NCBI GenBank assembly: GCA_963837955.1
Contig: CAWIPH010000002.1
Coordinates: 416,001 to 480,000, forward strand
Length of the DNA stretch: 64,000 nt
Direction: 5' to 3'
Origin: an uncultured Verrucomicrobiae bacterium
Lineage (GTDB): Bacteria; Verrucomicrobiota; Verrucomicrobiia; Chthoniobacterales; JAFAMB01
Shown here: positions 18,211 to 28,299 of the stretch, one piece after another
Layout: each line of letters opens with the position of its first letter
Numbering within the stretch: the first letter of the stretch is position 1
Translations under genes and position numbers: made by a program
The notes under the pieces: generated by a model
Seen by the model: only the letters and a program-made list of their open reading frames with translations
Database searches by the model: none
What the model was told of the DNA's origin: nothing

Positions 18211-19101
18211 TCACTCCGCCTTCACATCCAAAAGAGCAAGGATGCGTTCAAGATCGTCGTTGCCATAGTATTGGATCTCGATCCGGCCTCGTTTCTCTTG
18301 ATGGTGAATAGTCACGTGCGTTGCTAATTTTTCTCGTAGCCGGTTTTCGAGTCGAGCGACGGCATGATCGATCGTTGGTCGCGAAGGAGGAGCAGGGCGG
18401 GCCCCGGTTTTACCGCTGCGCGCCAAGCCATGACGTGCGAGCTGATCGGCAACGAGTTTTTCGGTCGCTCTGACGGTAGCATTCTGGCGAATGGCTCGCT
18501 CGGCCAGGGCCAACTGTTCATCCGCATTCTCCAAAGTGAGCAAAACCTTGGCATGACCCACGCTCAACAAGCTCTGGGAAATATAGCTTTGGACCTCGCC
18601 AGGCAAATCGAGCAAGCGCAACGAGTTCGCGACGACTGACCGACTCTTGCCGACCCGGTTGGCGATATCTTCCTGCCGGAGCGAGAACTCCTGCGCTAAT
18701 CTGCGGTAGGCCTGGGCTTCTTCGATGGGATTGAGATCTTCGCGCTGTAGATTTTCGATCAGCGCCATTTCCAGCACGTCCTGGTCAGACGCAGTCCGGA
18801 TGATTACCGGCGCTTCGCTCAGACCGAGTTGGGCGGCGGCCCGCCAGCGGCGTTCACCTGCGATAAGTTCGCACTTCCCGTTGACCCGGCGAACGATGAG
18901 AGGCTGGATGATGCCGTGTTCCCTGATCGATTCGACCAATTCCTGTAGTTGATCAGACCGAAAATCCTTACGCGGTTGCAGCGGGCTAGGCACAATCTCC
19001 GCCAATGCTACTCTTTCCACACGATCGCCCGGTTCAAGACTGGCCGGCTTTGGAGTATTGATGAGTGCGCCGAGCCCCTTACCGAGAACGACCTTTGCCA
19101 T
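18211..19101 (-). CDS. parB: Chromosome partitioning protein ParB/Spo0J
   Basis: Motifs LGKGLGAL, QPRKDF, LIAGERRWRA, ENLQREDLNPIEEA, HTH. Confidence 0.96.
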   Translation of the reverse strand: MAKVVLGKGLGALINTPKPASLEPGDRVERVALAEIVPSPLQPRKDFRSDQLQELVESIREHGIIQPLIVRRVNGKCELIAGERRWRAAAQLGLSEAPVIIRTASDQDVLEMALIENLQREDLNPIEEAQAYRRLAQEFSLRQEDIANRVGKSRSVVANSLRLLDLPGEVQSYISQSLLSVGHAKVLLTLENADEQLALAERAIRQNATVRATEKLVADQLARHGLARSGKTGARPAPPSRPTIDHAVARLENRLREKLATHVTIHHQEKRGRIEIQYYGNDDLERILALLDVKAE

Positions 19102-19288
19102 AGAATCTGGATGCTACCGGACCCTCGTTATTTACGCAAAGGATTAGTCAATGTTGATAGTCCATATTGGTATTTCGCCGATCCTCGGGAGGATTTTCGT
19201 TCTTCGTTTTTGTCGTCGCGCAAGGCTTTAGCGGACAGGCTGTTGTTCTTCGCGCTTGCAATGTCTGGAGCGTCGGCAAGTCCTTGGA

Positions 19289-19404
19289 GGGAGGGCGCAC
19301 AGCCCGACTCCGCAGCGGATCGCGAGGATCCGACGTCGCAGAAGCGCATTGTCGTTGAGCGTGAGGCATCGAAAAGCTATGTCGGACAGGCCGCGATCCC
19401 TCCC
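19289..19404. repeat. GGGAGGG...CCCTCCC element, copy A
   Basis: Shares GGGAGGGCGCACAGCC and two inverted internal blocks with 26338-26446. Confidence 0.75.
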
Positions 19405-19530
19405 GGTCGACCGCCGGTCGGTGTCACGACATTTCGTCGACGACGACGATGGTGATCGCTTGCCTCGCCGGCCTTCTCTATCTTGGGCCCGCCATTTGCA
19501 AGAAGATGCCTGCAGTGCTTCTAGGGGAGG

Positions 19531-20757
19531 GTGAACATTTGGCGTGACCCGAAAGCTCGGATCGTTCTAACCGCGAATTTCTTGTTAGTTGTCGGGGCGG
19601 GCATCACGTTTATGGCAGTTCCCTGGTTGCTGATCCAGCAGCCGGAAGGCAAAGCCATTCTTGGCTACACCAACTCTATCGTTACGTTGCTCATTCTCTT
19701 CCTGTTGCCGTATCTGGGCAAACTGGTGGACCGCAATTCGAGGAAAGCGGTCGTTCTGATTTTCTTGGCGTGCGGGTTCACGGTCAACATTTTGGTGATC
19801 GGCGCCATGCTTTTTCGCGGGCGTGTCGAAATCTGGGAGCTACTGCTAGTTTTCGGCTACGGCTCACTCGGGGCCAGTGTCTACTACCCGGCGCAATTCG
19901 CGTTAAACCAGGAGATCTTTGCTCGCGAACAATACGAAGCATTAAGCGGCGCGATCGAAATTCAGTGGCAGGCCGGAGCGATGATCGCGGGGGCCCTAGG
20001 CGCGTTCCTCATCTCGCGAGTGCCACTTTGGATCATTCTAGCGATGGATGCATCAATGTACGCGCTGAGCTTTTTCCTCCTCACCCATTTGGCCTACCGA
20101 CGCAGCAATCAGTTGGTTTCTTCAGCCGGTTCCGCCATTCATTTGATGTGGGAAGGCATCCGCTATTTGCGGCAGCGACCGCGGCTCTCCATCGTGATGT
20201 TTGCAAGCTTCCTGCCCTTCCTGGCGTTAATGGTTGCGAATTACCTCTCACCAATTTTCGTCAAAGATACATTGGGAATGGGTTCGGAAGTATATGCCAC
20301 TGGAGAAATTAGCTATGCGGTCGGCGCTATTATCGCGGGGCTGACGGTGCCCTTTGTTAATGGAAGGATCGGTTTGATCCCCACGCTTCTCTTCACCATC
20401 GGTGTTTACACGATTGCAGTGGCGCTAAACCCGATCCTGCCCGTGGCCGCGATTTTCTTTATCTCTTTCCTATTGCAAGGGTGGGGTAATGCCGGTTCGC
20501 GTGTGGCCCGAAGCATCCTGGTCCTGAAAACCGTTCCGAACGACATTATCGGCCGAGTCAATCTATTCTACAGCGCGATCGAGCGCCTTTTTCGCGCGGC
20601 TCTGCTCGCGCTCGTGACTTACCTGCTCAAGGATTGGGGTCCAAATCTCTCCTACTACATTCTCGCTGGTCTTTGTCTCGCCGGCTGGTTCCTAGTGGTG
20701 GCGTGCCGCGAGGTTCGGACACATCGGATAGAACCCGTTTCCCTGCCTCTCGTATGA
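19531..20757 (+). CDS. MFS transporter
   Basis: About 12 transmembrane segments; GKLVDRNSRK motif A. Confidence 0.88.
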   Translation: MNIWRDPKARIVLTANFLLVVGAGITFMAVPWLLIQQPEGKAILGYTNSIVTLLILFLLPYLGKLVDRNSRKAVVLIFLACGFTVNILVIGAMLFRGRVEIWELLLVFGYGSLGASVYYPAQFALNQEIFAREQYEALSGAIEIQWQAGAMIAGALGAFLISRVPLWIILAMDASMYALSFFLLTHLAYRRSNQLVSSAGSAIHLMWEGIRYLRQRPRLSIVMFASFLPFLALMVANYLSPIFVKDTLGMGSEVYATGEISYAVGAIIAGLTVPFVNGRIGLIPTLLFTIGVYTIAVALNPILPVAAIFFISFLLQGWGNAGSRVARSILVLKTVPNDIIGRVNLFYSAIERLFRAALLALVTYLLKDWGPNLSYYILAGLCLAGWFLVVACREVRTHRIEPVSLPLV

Positions 20758-21413
20758 TTTTTGAAGAACTCATCTGGATCGATGATCTATCTCCCAGGAC
20801 AGCCGCCCTAAATATGGCGATTGACGAGGCACTACTCAGGCAAACCTCGGCGACGGCCATATTCCACACCTATAGGTGGCAGTCTCCCAGTGTTTCCTTC
20901 GGTTATTTCGCAAAATGGGCGCTAGTCAGAGAGCAATATCCGGATCGGGAGTTGGTCCGGCGTTGGACCGGCGGAGGCGCAGTGGAGCACGGCCACGATT
21001 TCACTTATTCCTTGATTCTTTCGTGTCCGCGAAAATTATTTAGAGCTCACTCATTATATCGGACGCTCCATTCAAACATTGCGGAAACCTTTCGAGAACA
21101 GGGAAAACAGGTCGCGTTATCGAACAGCTTGGACGACGGTCCATCGGTGAATTGTTTCGATCGACCAGTGCAGCACGACGTGACTTTCGAGGGTGCGAAA
21201 ATTGCTGGAGCAGCGATCCGACGGTTGCGTGATCGGCTGCTATTACAAGGTAGTATCCAGCGAACGGATCTATGGCCAGACTTAGGTGTCCATCTAGCGA
21301 AAAGACTGAGCGCGGTGGTCCGGCGGCAGCCCGTTTTGCCCGTGACAATTAACGAAGCCACGCATATCGCTAACGAAAAATATGGAACGGACGCCTGGAC
21401 TCGGAGATTTTAG
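20754..21413 (+). CDS. Lipoate-protein ligase A/LipM-like protein
   Basis: Motifs NMAIDEALL, VRRWTGGGAVEH, KIAGAA, LLQGSI. ATGA overlap with the MFS stop. Confidence 0.85.
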   Translation: MIFEELIWIDDLSPRTAALNMAIDEALLRQTSATAIFHTYRWQSPSVSFGYFAKWALVREQYPDRELVRRWTGGGAVEHGHDFTYSLILSCPRKLFRAHSLYRTLHSNIAETFREQGKQVALSNSLDDGPSVNCFDRPVQHDVTFEGAKIAGAAIRRLRDRLLLQGSIQRTDLWPDLGVHLAKRLSAVVRRQPVLPVTINEATHIANEKYGTDAWTRRF

Positions 21414-21481
21414 TGGCTGATACGCTGCACCAGATTCTGGTGCCCTGCCCCCGTTGCTTTGGTCCCCTTTTCGATTGACCC

Positions 21482-22612
21482 ATGAATGACGCATTCTTTC
21501 GAAATCGCCTTTTCGCTGATGTGAGCGCGGACTCGCTGCGATCTGTCGCGATTCGTGAGATGGATTTTAAGGAAGGGGAAGTGATTGTTCGGGAGGGAGC
21601 ACCGGGGAATTCGTTGCTTTTGGTCGGTGCAGGGAGGGTGCAAATATCCAAGGCCGGCCGGCAAGGGCACGAGGAGGTTCTTTCAGTTCTTGAACCAAAC
21701 GACTTTTTTGGCGAATTCGCATTTCTGGATCATGGCCCTCGGTCAGCCACCGCCATCGCTCTTCAGCCAAGTTTGATCGGGGAAATCGATCGCACGACTT
21801 TAGATCTTCTGATGGAGAGCGCTCCGCGGGTTCTGCCGATCAATTTCACGCGGGTAATTGTGGAGCGCCTTCGATCCACCAATGCGCGCTTCATCGACGA
21901 GCTATTGCGCGGCGAAAGGCTTACGCTACTCGGGACGATGCTTAGTTCGATCGTTCATGATCTGAAGAACCCGATGGCTGCCATCGTCTCATCGGTGAGC
22001 TACCTCCAACAAAAAACGTCCGACGAGTTTACGAAAAGTGCAGCTGAGATTATCAGAGGGTCTGCCGACCGCATGATGCTATTGACGGAAGAGCTGCTCG
22101 ATTTCGCCCGCGGTACAACCCGGCTCCGACCAACCTGGACGACCGCGGATCGGCTTCTAGAGCTGCTTGACCGCGAGATCCTGGAGCAAGTGCGGCTTTC
22201 TCCAATCAACGTCAAGATTGACGTACGAACCTCTGATCGATTCTTGATAGACGAAGGCCGCCTGACTCGTTGCTTGGCCAATATCATCAAGAACGCGCGG
22301 GAGGCGCTAAAGGATCGAGGAGAAATCGATCTTATCTTTGGTCCACGAGAGCAGGGGTTGCAGATATCAGTCGCTGACCATGGTCCCGGCATCCCGGAGC
22401 AAATCCGCGGACAAGTGTTTGAACCCTTTTTTACGTATCAGAAACGAAGTGGCACCGGACTGGGGCTCTCCATCGCTAAGTCCTGCGTCGAGGCGCACGG
22501 AGGCAAGATCTGGTTTGATAGCAGCGCCGGAGCTGGAACCACGTTTTATGTTTGGCTTCCGCGCGAGGCGAAGATCTCGTGGCCGCAGGAAGCGCGAACC
22601 GAAACCGAATGA
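21482..22612 (+). CDS. cNMP-binding domain sensor histidine kinase
   Basis: cNMP domain (FFGEFA..PRSATA), H-box IVHDLKNP, N-box NIIKNA, G boxes DHGPGI and GTGLGL. Confidence 0.92.
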   Translation: MNDAFFRNRLFADVSADSLRSVAIREMDFKEGEVIVREGAPGNSLLLVGAGRVQISKAGRQGHEEVLSVLEPNDFFGEFAFLDHGPRSATAIALQPSLIGEIDRTTLDLLMESAPRVLPINFTRVIVERLRSTNARFIDELLRGERLTLLGTMLSSIVHDLKNPMAAIVSSVSYLQQKTSDEFTKSAAEIIRGSADRMMLLTEELLDFARGTTRLRPTWTTADRLLELLDREILEQVRLSPINVKIDVRTSDRFLIDEGRLTRCLANIIKNAREALKDRGEIDLIFGPREQGLQISVADHGPGIPEQIRGQVFEPFFTYQKRSGTGLGLSIAKSCVEAHGGKIWFDSSAGAGTTFYVWLPREAKISWPQEARTETE

Positions 22613-22630
22613 AGTTTTTAGCGGCGACGC

Positions 22631-22686
22631 GTCCGACGAAGCCTCCTCCGACGTTCGTACAATGACTTACGATTCGCGAAGTCGGA
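22631..22686. repeat. GTCCGACGAAGC...GCGAAGTCGGA element, copy 3
   Basis: Lies between convergent kinase and metG genes; same ends as the other two copies. Confidence 0.65.
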
Positions 22687-22731
22687 AGCCGTGACTCATG
22701 ATAGCCTAGAGGGCGAAGCCCTAGGAATAAG

Positions 22732-24276
22732 TCAGGCTTCGATCCTCGGGAACACAGGTGTGGGAGTACCGACCCGGTGTCCGTCTTCCAGTACGCCCCA
22801 CTTAAACCCGGTATAATTCGCCGCGTTTAGCTGACGAAGAATCGACTCACTCGCGGTGGGAATAATTGGACTCATGCACTGAGCAAGCAGTCGAGCGGAT
22901 TCTGCCAATGTATAGAGGACCGAATCGAGCAGGTCCGCCTGGGCTGGATCCTTAGCCAATTTCCACGGAGCTTTCTGCTCAACCAAAGTGTTCCCGGCGG
23001 AGACCAATTCCCAGATTGCTTCGAGCGCCGCGTGGGGTTGGAATTGTTCGAATGCTTCCTGGTATTTTTCGATCATCCCATTGGCACAAGTCTTTATTCG
23101 CTCTAGGTCGGCATCCGCTACCTTTGCATTTCGAAGGATTCCGGACCGGTACCGCTGCGCCATATTAATCGTGCGGTTGACTAAGTTACCCAGATCGTTG
23201 GCCAGATCGCTGTTGTACCGCGATACCAGTCTCGCTTCATTAAAGTCGGCGTCTTGACCGGTGATAATGTCCCTCATCAGATAATAGCGTATCGCGTCTG
23301 CACCATATCGGTCCGTCAGGAGCAGTGGGTCGACGACGTTGCCGAGACTTTTGCTCATCTTCGCTCCGCTGATATTCCACCAGCCATGCACGACCAGACG
23401 GGGCATTTGCCGATCGGAAAACCCCATCGCATGGAGCATGATTGGCCAATATATACCGTGGGCCGGAATGAGGATGTCCTTCCCAATAATGTGCCCCTGA
23501 CATGGCCAGAGTTCCGCAAAATCTGGAAATCCGCCGCCCGCTTCGGCGAGGTAGCCGGCGAATGTTACGTAGTTGAGGAGCGCGTCGAACCAAACGTAGG
23601 TCACGTATTCCGGATCGAATGGAAATTCTATTCCCCACGAAAGCCTTTCTTTAGGTCGCGAAACGCAGAGGTCGCCGGAAATCCGATCGATCGCGTTCAG
23701 AAGTTCCAGCCGGCGAAAATTCGGAATGACGAAATCCGGGCGGTTCTGCACGAGCTTCTTCAGCCATTCTTTGTGTTTCGCCAGTCGGAAATACCAATTT
23801 TCTTCCTCCAGAAAAATGACCTCACCCCATTCCGGCCCGAATTCGCCATCTGCATCTCGGTCTTTGTCGGTTAGAAATTGTTCCTGCCGAACGCTGTAGT
23901 AACCGGGGTACTTCTCCTTGTAGAGTTCGCCCTTTTCAAAAAGCGCCTGAATTACGTTTTGCACCGCTCGCTTATGCCGCGGATCGGTGGTAGCGGCCCA
24001 TCCATCATATTGGATCGTGAGCTTATCCCAGAGGTCGATGAACGAATCGGTGAATCTCTGGGCAAATTGGAGCGGCTCAATGCCCTCACGTTGAGCCGCC
24101 TGTTGCACTTTTTGGCCATGTTGATCGACCCCAGTTAGAAAAAAAGTAGATTGGCCCGCGACACGGCGATATCGAGTGATTACGTCGCCGAGTATAACCT
24201 CGTAAGCGTAGCCGATATGCGGACCCGCATTGGTATATGCGATAGCTGTAGTAACGAAATACTTCGCTGGTTTCAC
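22732..24276 (-). CDS. metG: Methionine--tRNA ligase (short form)
   Basis: HIGY (HIGH-like), YVWFDAL, GKDI, KMSKS. Confidence 0.96.
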   Translation of the reverse strand: MKPAKYFVTTAIAYTNAGPHIGYAYEVILGDVITRYRRVAGQSTFFLTGVDQHGQKVQQAAQREGIEPLQFAQRFTDSFIDLWDKLTIQYDGWAATTDPRHKRAVQNVIQALFEKGELYKEKYPGYYSVRQEQFLTDKDRDADGEFGPEWGEVIFLEEENWYFRLAKHKEWLKKLVQNRPDFVIPNFRRLELLNAIDRISGDLCVSRPKERLSWGIEFPFDPEYVTYVWFDALLNYVTFAGYLAEAGGGFPDFAELWPCQGHIIGKDILIPAHGIYWPIMLHAMGFSDRQMPRLVVHGWWNISGAKMSKSLGNVVDPLLLTDRYGADAIRYYLMRDIITGQDADFNEARLVSRYNSDLANDLGNLVNRTINMAQRYRSGILRNAKVADADLERIKTCANGMIEKYQEAFEQFQPHAALEAIWELVSAGNTLVEQKAPWKLAKDPAQADLLDSVLYTLAESARLLAQCMSPIIPTASESILRQLNAANYTGFKWGVLEDGHRVGTPTPVFPRIEA

Positions 24277-24298
24277 GTTTGAAAAAATCAGAACGGTT

Positions 24299-24652
24299 TT
24301 AAGCTTTGGATTCGGGAGCTACCTTCCCGCCCCAGGAGAGGATTCGCGCTTTCACGCCGGCCGCCTCTGCTTCTTTGATCTGATTGTTGCGGACGTACAG
24401 CAAAGAAAGGCTCGACCAAGCCAGTTGATCATTGGGATGCAGTTCGACGGCTTTCTTCCCCGCTTCGATGGCTGCGACGAAATCGCCGTTCTTCATGAGA
24501 GCCATACCCAGAGCATGCCAGCCATCAAAGAATTGGGGGTCGATCGCTATGCATTGCCGGTATTTGGCAATCGCATCCGGCAACTCGCCAACCGCCAAGT
24601 CAGCATTGGCATCATCAAATAGCTGCTCGACAGAGTTGGGGATATCTTCCAT
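24299..24652 (-). CDS. Tetratricopeptide repeat protein
   Basis: TPR patterns WHALGMAL...AIEA..KAVELHP and AWSSLS. Confidence 0.85.
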   Translation of the reverse strand: MEDIPNSVEQLFDDANADLAVGELPDAIAKYRQCIAIDPQFFDGWHALGMALMKNGDFVAAIEAGKKAVELHPNDQLAWSSLSLLYVRNNQIKEAEAAGVKARILSWGGKVAPESKA

Positions 24653-24655
24653 TGC

Positions 24656-26158
24656 TCAGCCGTTTTGGAAGCCAGTGACGGGAGAGCCTCCGGCTTTTTG
24701 GGTCGCGACCCGTAACCATTCCCGAAACATCTCTCCTGCGAAATAATCATTGTAGGCTGCATACTGCGTCTTCTTATCCGCCTGGTATTTGTTTTCATCG
24801 ATCGGATCTTTACTATCCAAGTGGACTAGCAGGCCGTCTTCCTTGTCGAACAGTACACCCGATATTTGGCCCGCTTGCAATTCTACTTGGTTGACCCGTA
24901 GGGCAACGAACACCGGGTTCTTCATGTCCGGTTGTCCCATTAAGGCAAAAGGTGCAACGGTTTCGGCTTTCACACCGGCTTTCTGGGCGGCATCAGTAAA
25001 GGTCGCTCCAGCTTTGATTTCGTCCTCGATCTGGCTACGGATTTGCTGGCCCTTCTGCAGAATTGCTTCCTGGACTTTACCCTTGCGGATTCCAGTCACG
25101 ATCCGGTCTTTGGCTTCTTCCAACGCGAGAGGACGACTCGGTTCAAGCTCGAGAAGTCTAATGATGTAAAACCCATCCTTCGCCTGGACCTCATCGAGCG
25201 GCTGCTCCTTGTTAAGGCCTTGGGCCTGCTGCACCACTTCCGGCATCGTCATGATCAACGGATCAGGTTTGTTGTTTTCGAAAAATCCAGTCTGTTGAAC
25301 CTTCAATCCTTTCTCCTGGGCAACTTGATCGAATAGATCGGGATGTTCACCCAGCGGCTGCACGAAGGCTTGGGCTTGATCAGCTAATGTTTTGAGGGCT
25401 GCCTGCTTTTCTTTGTCGGTCAATTTTTTTTGATCGTCCGTCAGAGTAAACGCAACGAACTCGATCTTCTTCTTTTCCGGGGTCTGTAGCTGGGCCGAGT
25501 TCTCCTTGTAATACTTCTCGATGTCCTGGTCAGAAACTTGGACATCCTTCTGAAAGTCAACGCTATTTAGCCGGACGAACGAACAATGAAGGAGCTGATT
25601 TTGTTGCTCGTAACTCTGTCGGAACAGCGCTTCGGGGAGCGGTGATGATCCACGAATGAGCGCAGAAATTTTTTGGAATCTAAGATGGTCGGCCACCACG
25701 TCATCGAGATCGGCGGCAGTCATACCATTTGCCCTAAGCCCAGCTAGCAGCTGCTGATACTTGGTAGCGTCAAATTCGTTATTGGTTTGAAACATCGCGG
25801 AGCCCTTTTCCGCATTCCGAATCTCCTCTGTCGATGGTTCGAGTTGGAGACGCTTCGCTTCGTCGCGAATCAGCAAGATATTCCAAGCGAAGGTCACCGC
25901 TTGCTGGTCCCGGGATCCTTGCGAAGCTGCCAACTGCTGAAGCAAATCAGAAAACTGGAGGAGATAGGCAATCTGCGCAGACCGATCTACTTTTTGCAGT
26001 TCCTCAACCGTCACGGATCTGCCGTTGATCTTGCCGATTACCGCTTGAGGAGTGTTTCGCGTCCGGGTGGGATTCATGAACCAGACGAATGAAACGATGG
26101 TTAAAACCGTGATGATAATCAGCAGAATTCGTTGCCGTTTCCGAATAGTCTCCAACAT
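24656..26158 (-). CDS. SurA N-terminal domain / PpiD-like membrane-anchored chaperone
   Basis: MLETIRK followed by a transmembrane segment, GKINGRSV, and VSDQDIEKYY. Start moved to ATG 26158. Confidence 0.8.
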   Translation of the reverse strand: MLETIRKRQRILLIIITVLTIVSFVWFMNPTRTRNTPQAVIGKINGRSVTVEELQKVDRSAQIAYLLQFSDLLQQLAASQGSRDQQAVTFAWNILLIRDEAKRLQLEPSTEEIRNAEKGSAMFQTNNEFDATKYQQLLAGLRANGMTAADLDDVVADHLRFQKISALIRGSSPLPEALFRQSYEQQNQLLHCSFVRLNSVDFQKDVQVSDQDIEKYYKENSAQLQTPEKKKIEFVAFTLTDDQKKLTDKEKQAALKTLADQAQAFVQPLGEHPDLFDQVAQEKGLKVQQTGFFENNKPDPLIMTMPEVVQQAQGLNKEQPLDEVQAKDGFYIIRLLELEPSRPLALEEAKDRIVTGIRKGKVQEAILQKGQQIRSQIEDEIKAGATFTDAAQKAGVKAETVAPFALMGQPDMKNPVFVALRVNQVELQAGQISGVLFDKEDGLLVHLDSKDPIDENKYQADKKTQYAAYNDYFAGEMFREWLRVATQKAGGSPVTGFQNG

Positions 26159-26337
26159 ATGAGGAGGAGGAAGTTGGACACGGAAAGGCGATTTTTCAAT
26201 CACAAATGGCGAGTGCCTCTTTTAGGGCGATTAGCTCCGTAGATAGAGGAGTCGGAAGACGGGAGATGGTAGTGGGTGTCCGGCGGCCGCGTATATGTGG
26301 TCAATAAGGCCACGTCTGGTTCTCTGCCTCGATGATA

Positions 26338-26446
26338 GGGAGGGCGCACAGCCTGTCCGACATAGCCTTTCGGATGTCGGGCGCAGAATGCTTGAGCGCG
26401 ACGTCGGATCCTCGTGCGCCGCGGATCGCGACGACACGATCTCTCC
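26338..26446. repeat. GGGAGGG element, copy B
   Basis: See 19289-19404. Confidence 0.75.
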
Positions 26447-26603
26447 ACGCCGGGGTTTTAACCCCGGGGGGTTAGACATATTAACCCGGTATTCCCTCCT
26501 ATGGCATTGTGAGACCGTATTGGGGGTCAGAAAATCACAGAGCGGCCTTAGGTTGACGCATGCGCGCAGCAGTAGGACTGGGAATAGAAGCCAAAAGGGT
26601 CCC

Positions 26604-26833
26604 GTCCCGGAAGGGACATCGTGATAGTAGCCCAGTCCCGCGGCCGCGGGACTGGGTAGATGGTATAAAGGGGGTGCCGTCCCGCGCGGGACGATCGAAA
26701 CGTTGAGGTAATGGTTTCCAATGTGACGTCACGAGCGCAGAGGTGAATCGATCGTCCCTGTCGGGACGGACCCGTCTTAACGCTATCCCAGCACTAAAGT
26801 GCTGGGATACTTTCGCTGTGTCCCTCGCGGGAC
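26604..26833. repeat. REPIN-like nested inverted-repeat element, copy 2
   Basis: Same module order and length (230 vs 227 bp) as 13033-13259. Confidence 0.85.
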
Positions 26834-26854
26834 AGATCTCCTAACCTGCGCGAA

Positions 26855-28294
26855 TCAGCCGAGCAGGCCGAGGCCAAATTGGGGGAATATCCCAAATAAG
26901 AATATCAGAAGCACGAGCGCGGAGATCGTCACCATGGAGAGCCGGCTTACCGGGATTTCTGACGTGTTGCCGACGGCTGCGGCTTGCCAGTACATCGCTC
27001 TGACCACTTTCAGATAGTAGTAGAAGCCGCAACCCACTGTAATGATGCCCAGCAGCAGGAGAAGAAATTGTTGCGATTCGTAAGCAACTTTGAATACCAG
27101 GAATTTCCCAAAAAAACCGGCCGTCAGCGGTATGCCGGCCAGCGACATCATCGCGACGAGCAGACCGAAAGCGAGAAAAGGAGATCGCTTTCCGAGTCCG
27201 TTGAAGTGGGAGATATCATCCCCCTCGGAATGTTTCTCGACAATGATCAGGATGAGAAACGAGAGCAGAGTCATCAATAAGTAGGCCGCGAGGTAAACCA
27301 CGACCGCCAAGCCAGCGTCAAACGCGCCCACACTGGCCACGGCCATGAGCAAGTAGCCTGCGTGTCCAATGCTGGAATAGGCCAGCAGCCTCTTGAAATT
27401 GGTTTGTGGAAGAGCCGCGAGATTACCGTAAATCAGCGTAGCCGCAGCCAAGACGACCATGGCTACAATCACTTTGTCGCCGATTGCGGGTAAGCGCTGG
27501 AAAGTCTCCACGACCCGCAAAAGGACGATAAACCCGACAGCCTTTGAACCCACCGAGAGGAACGCCGTGATCGGAGTCGGTGCGCCTTGGTAAACATCCG
27601 GAACCCAAAATTGAAATGGTGCCGCAGCTACTTTGAATCCCAGACCGACCAGCACCAACATGACCCCAAACAACAAGCCGTGCAGGTTACCGGCTGGAAT
27701 CGAGCTGAGGGCCTGAGCAATCGCTGCCAGGTTCGTGTGGCGGGTAACTCCATAAATCCAGGTGACGCCGTAGACAAAAAACCCGGTCGACAATGCACCG
27801 AGAATCAAATATTTCGCACCTGCCTCCAGTGATGCCGGGTTTTTTCGGGTGAACGGGACGAGCGTGTAGAAAGAAATGGTGACCAACTCCAGCGACACGA
27901 AAATCACGACGAAATCGGTGGCGGATGCCATCCACATCATTCCTGCACACGTGAGTATCGGTACGGAGTAGAATTCTCCAAGCCCAGCCTGGGGGGTCGT
28001 TCCTTGCACGAAGGTGCGGATGGTGTCCGCGTAATCGATCGACATCACCAGGATGACGATGGTTGTCAGGACAACGAATTTTTTAAAGAAAAGTGCAGCG
28101 GCGTCGTCAGTATAGCCGGCTACCCCGGTTTGGCTCGAAAATTTGCCAAACTGTAAAAGCAAGAATACGACCACCAAACCGATGATGCCGAGCCAGGCAG
28201 TCAGATTACGGTTTTGCTTTTCGGCCAACGCCTCAAACAGAAGAAGGAACAATCCCAGACCGAGAACCAAGAGATCGAGCACAAGAGGCGACAT
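26855..28294 (-). CDS. nuoN: NADH-quinone oxidoreductase subunit N
   Basis: Motifs EAGAKY, GFKVAAAPFQFWVPDVYQGAP, KRLLAYSSIGHAGY. Confidence 0.96.
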   Translation of the reverse strand: MSPLVLDLLVLGLGLFLLLFEALAEKQNRNLTAWLGIIGLVVVFLLLQFGKFSSQTGVAGYTDDAAALFFKKFVVLTTIVILVMSIDYADTIRTFVQGTTPQAGLGEFYSVPILTCAGMMWMASATDFVVIFVSLELVTISFYTLVPFTRKNPASLEAGAKYLILGALSTGFFVYGVTWIYGVTRHTNLAAIAQALSSIPAGNLHGLLFGVMLVLVGLGFKVAAAPFQFWVPDVYQGAPTPITAFLSVGSKAVGFIVLLRVVETFQRLPAIGDKVIVAMVVLAAATLIYGNLAALPQTNFKRLLAYSSIGHAGYLLMAVASVGAFDAGLAVVVYLAAYLLMTLLSFLILIIVEKHSEGDDISHFNGLGKRSPFLAFGLLVAMMSLAGIPLTAGFFGKFLVFKVAYESQQFLLLLLGIITVGCGFYYYLKVVRAMYWQAAAVGNTSEIPVSRLSMVTISALVLLIFLFGIFPQFGLGLLG

Positions 28295-28299
28295 AAAGA

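Noticed and set aside
18211..19530. parA gene or parS site next to parB
   Set aside because: No ParA ORF, and no TGTTTCACGTGAAACA-like site seen by eye; the upstream region is repeats.
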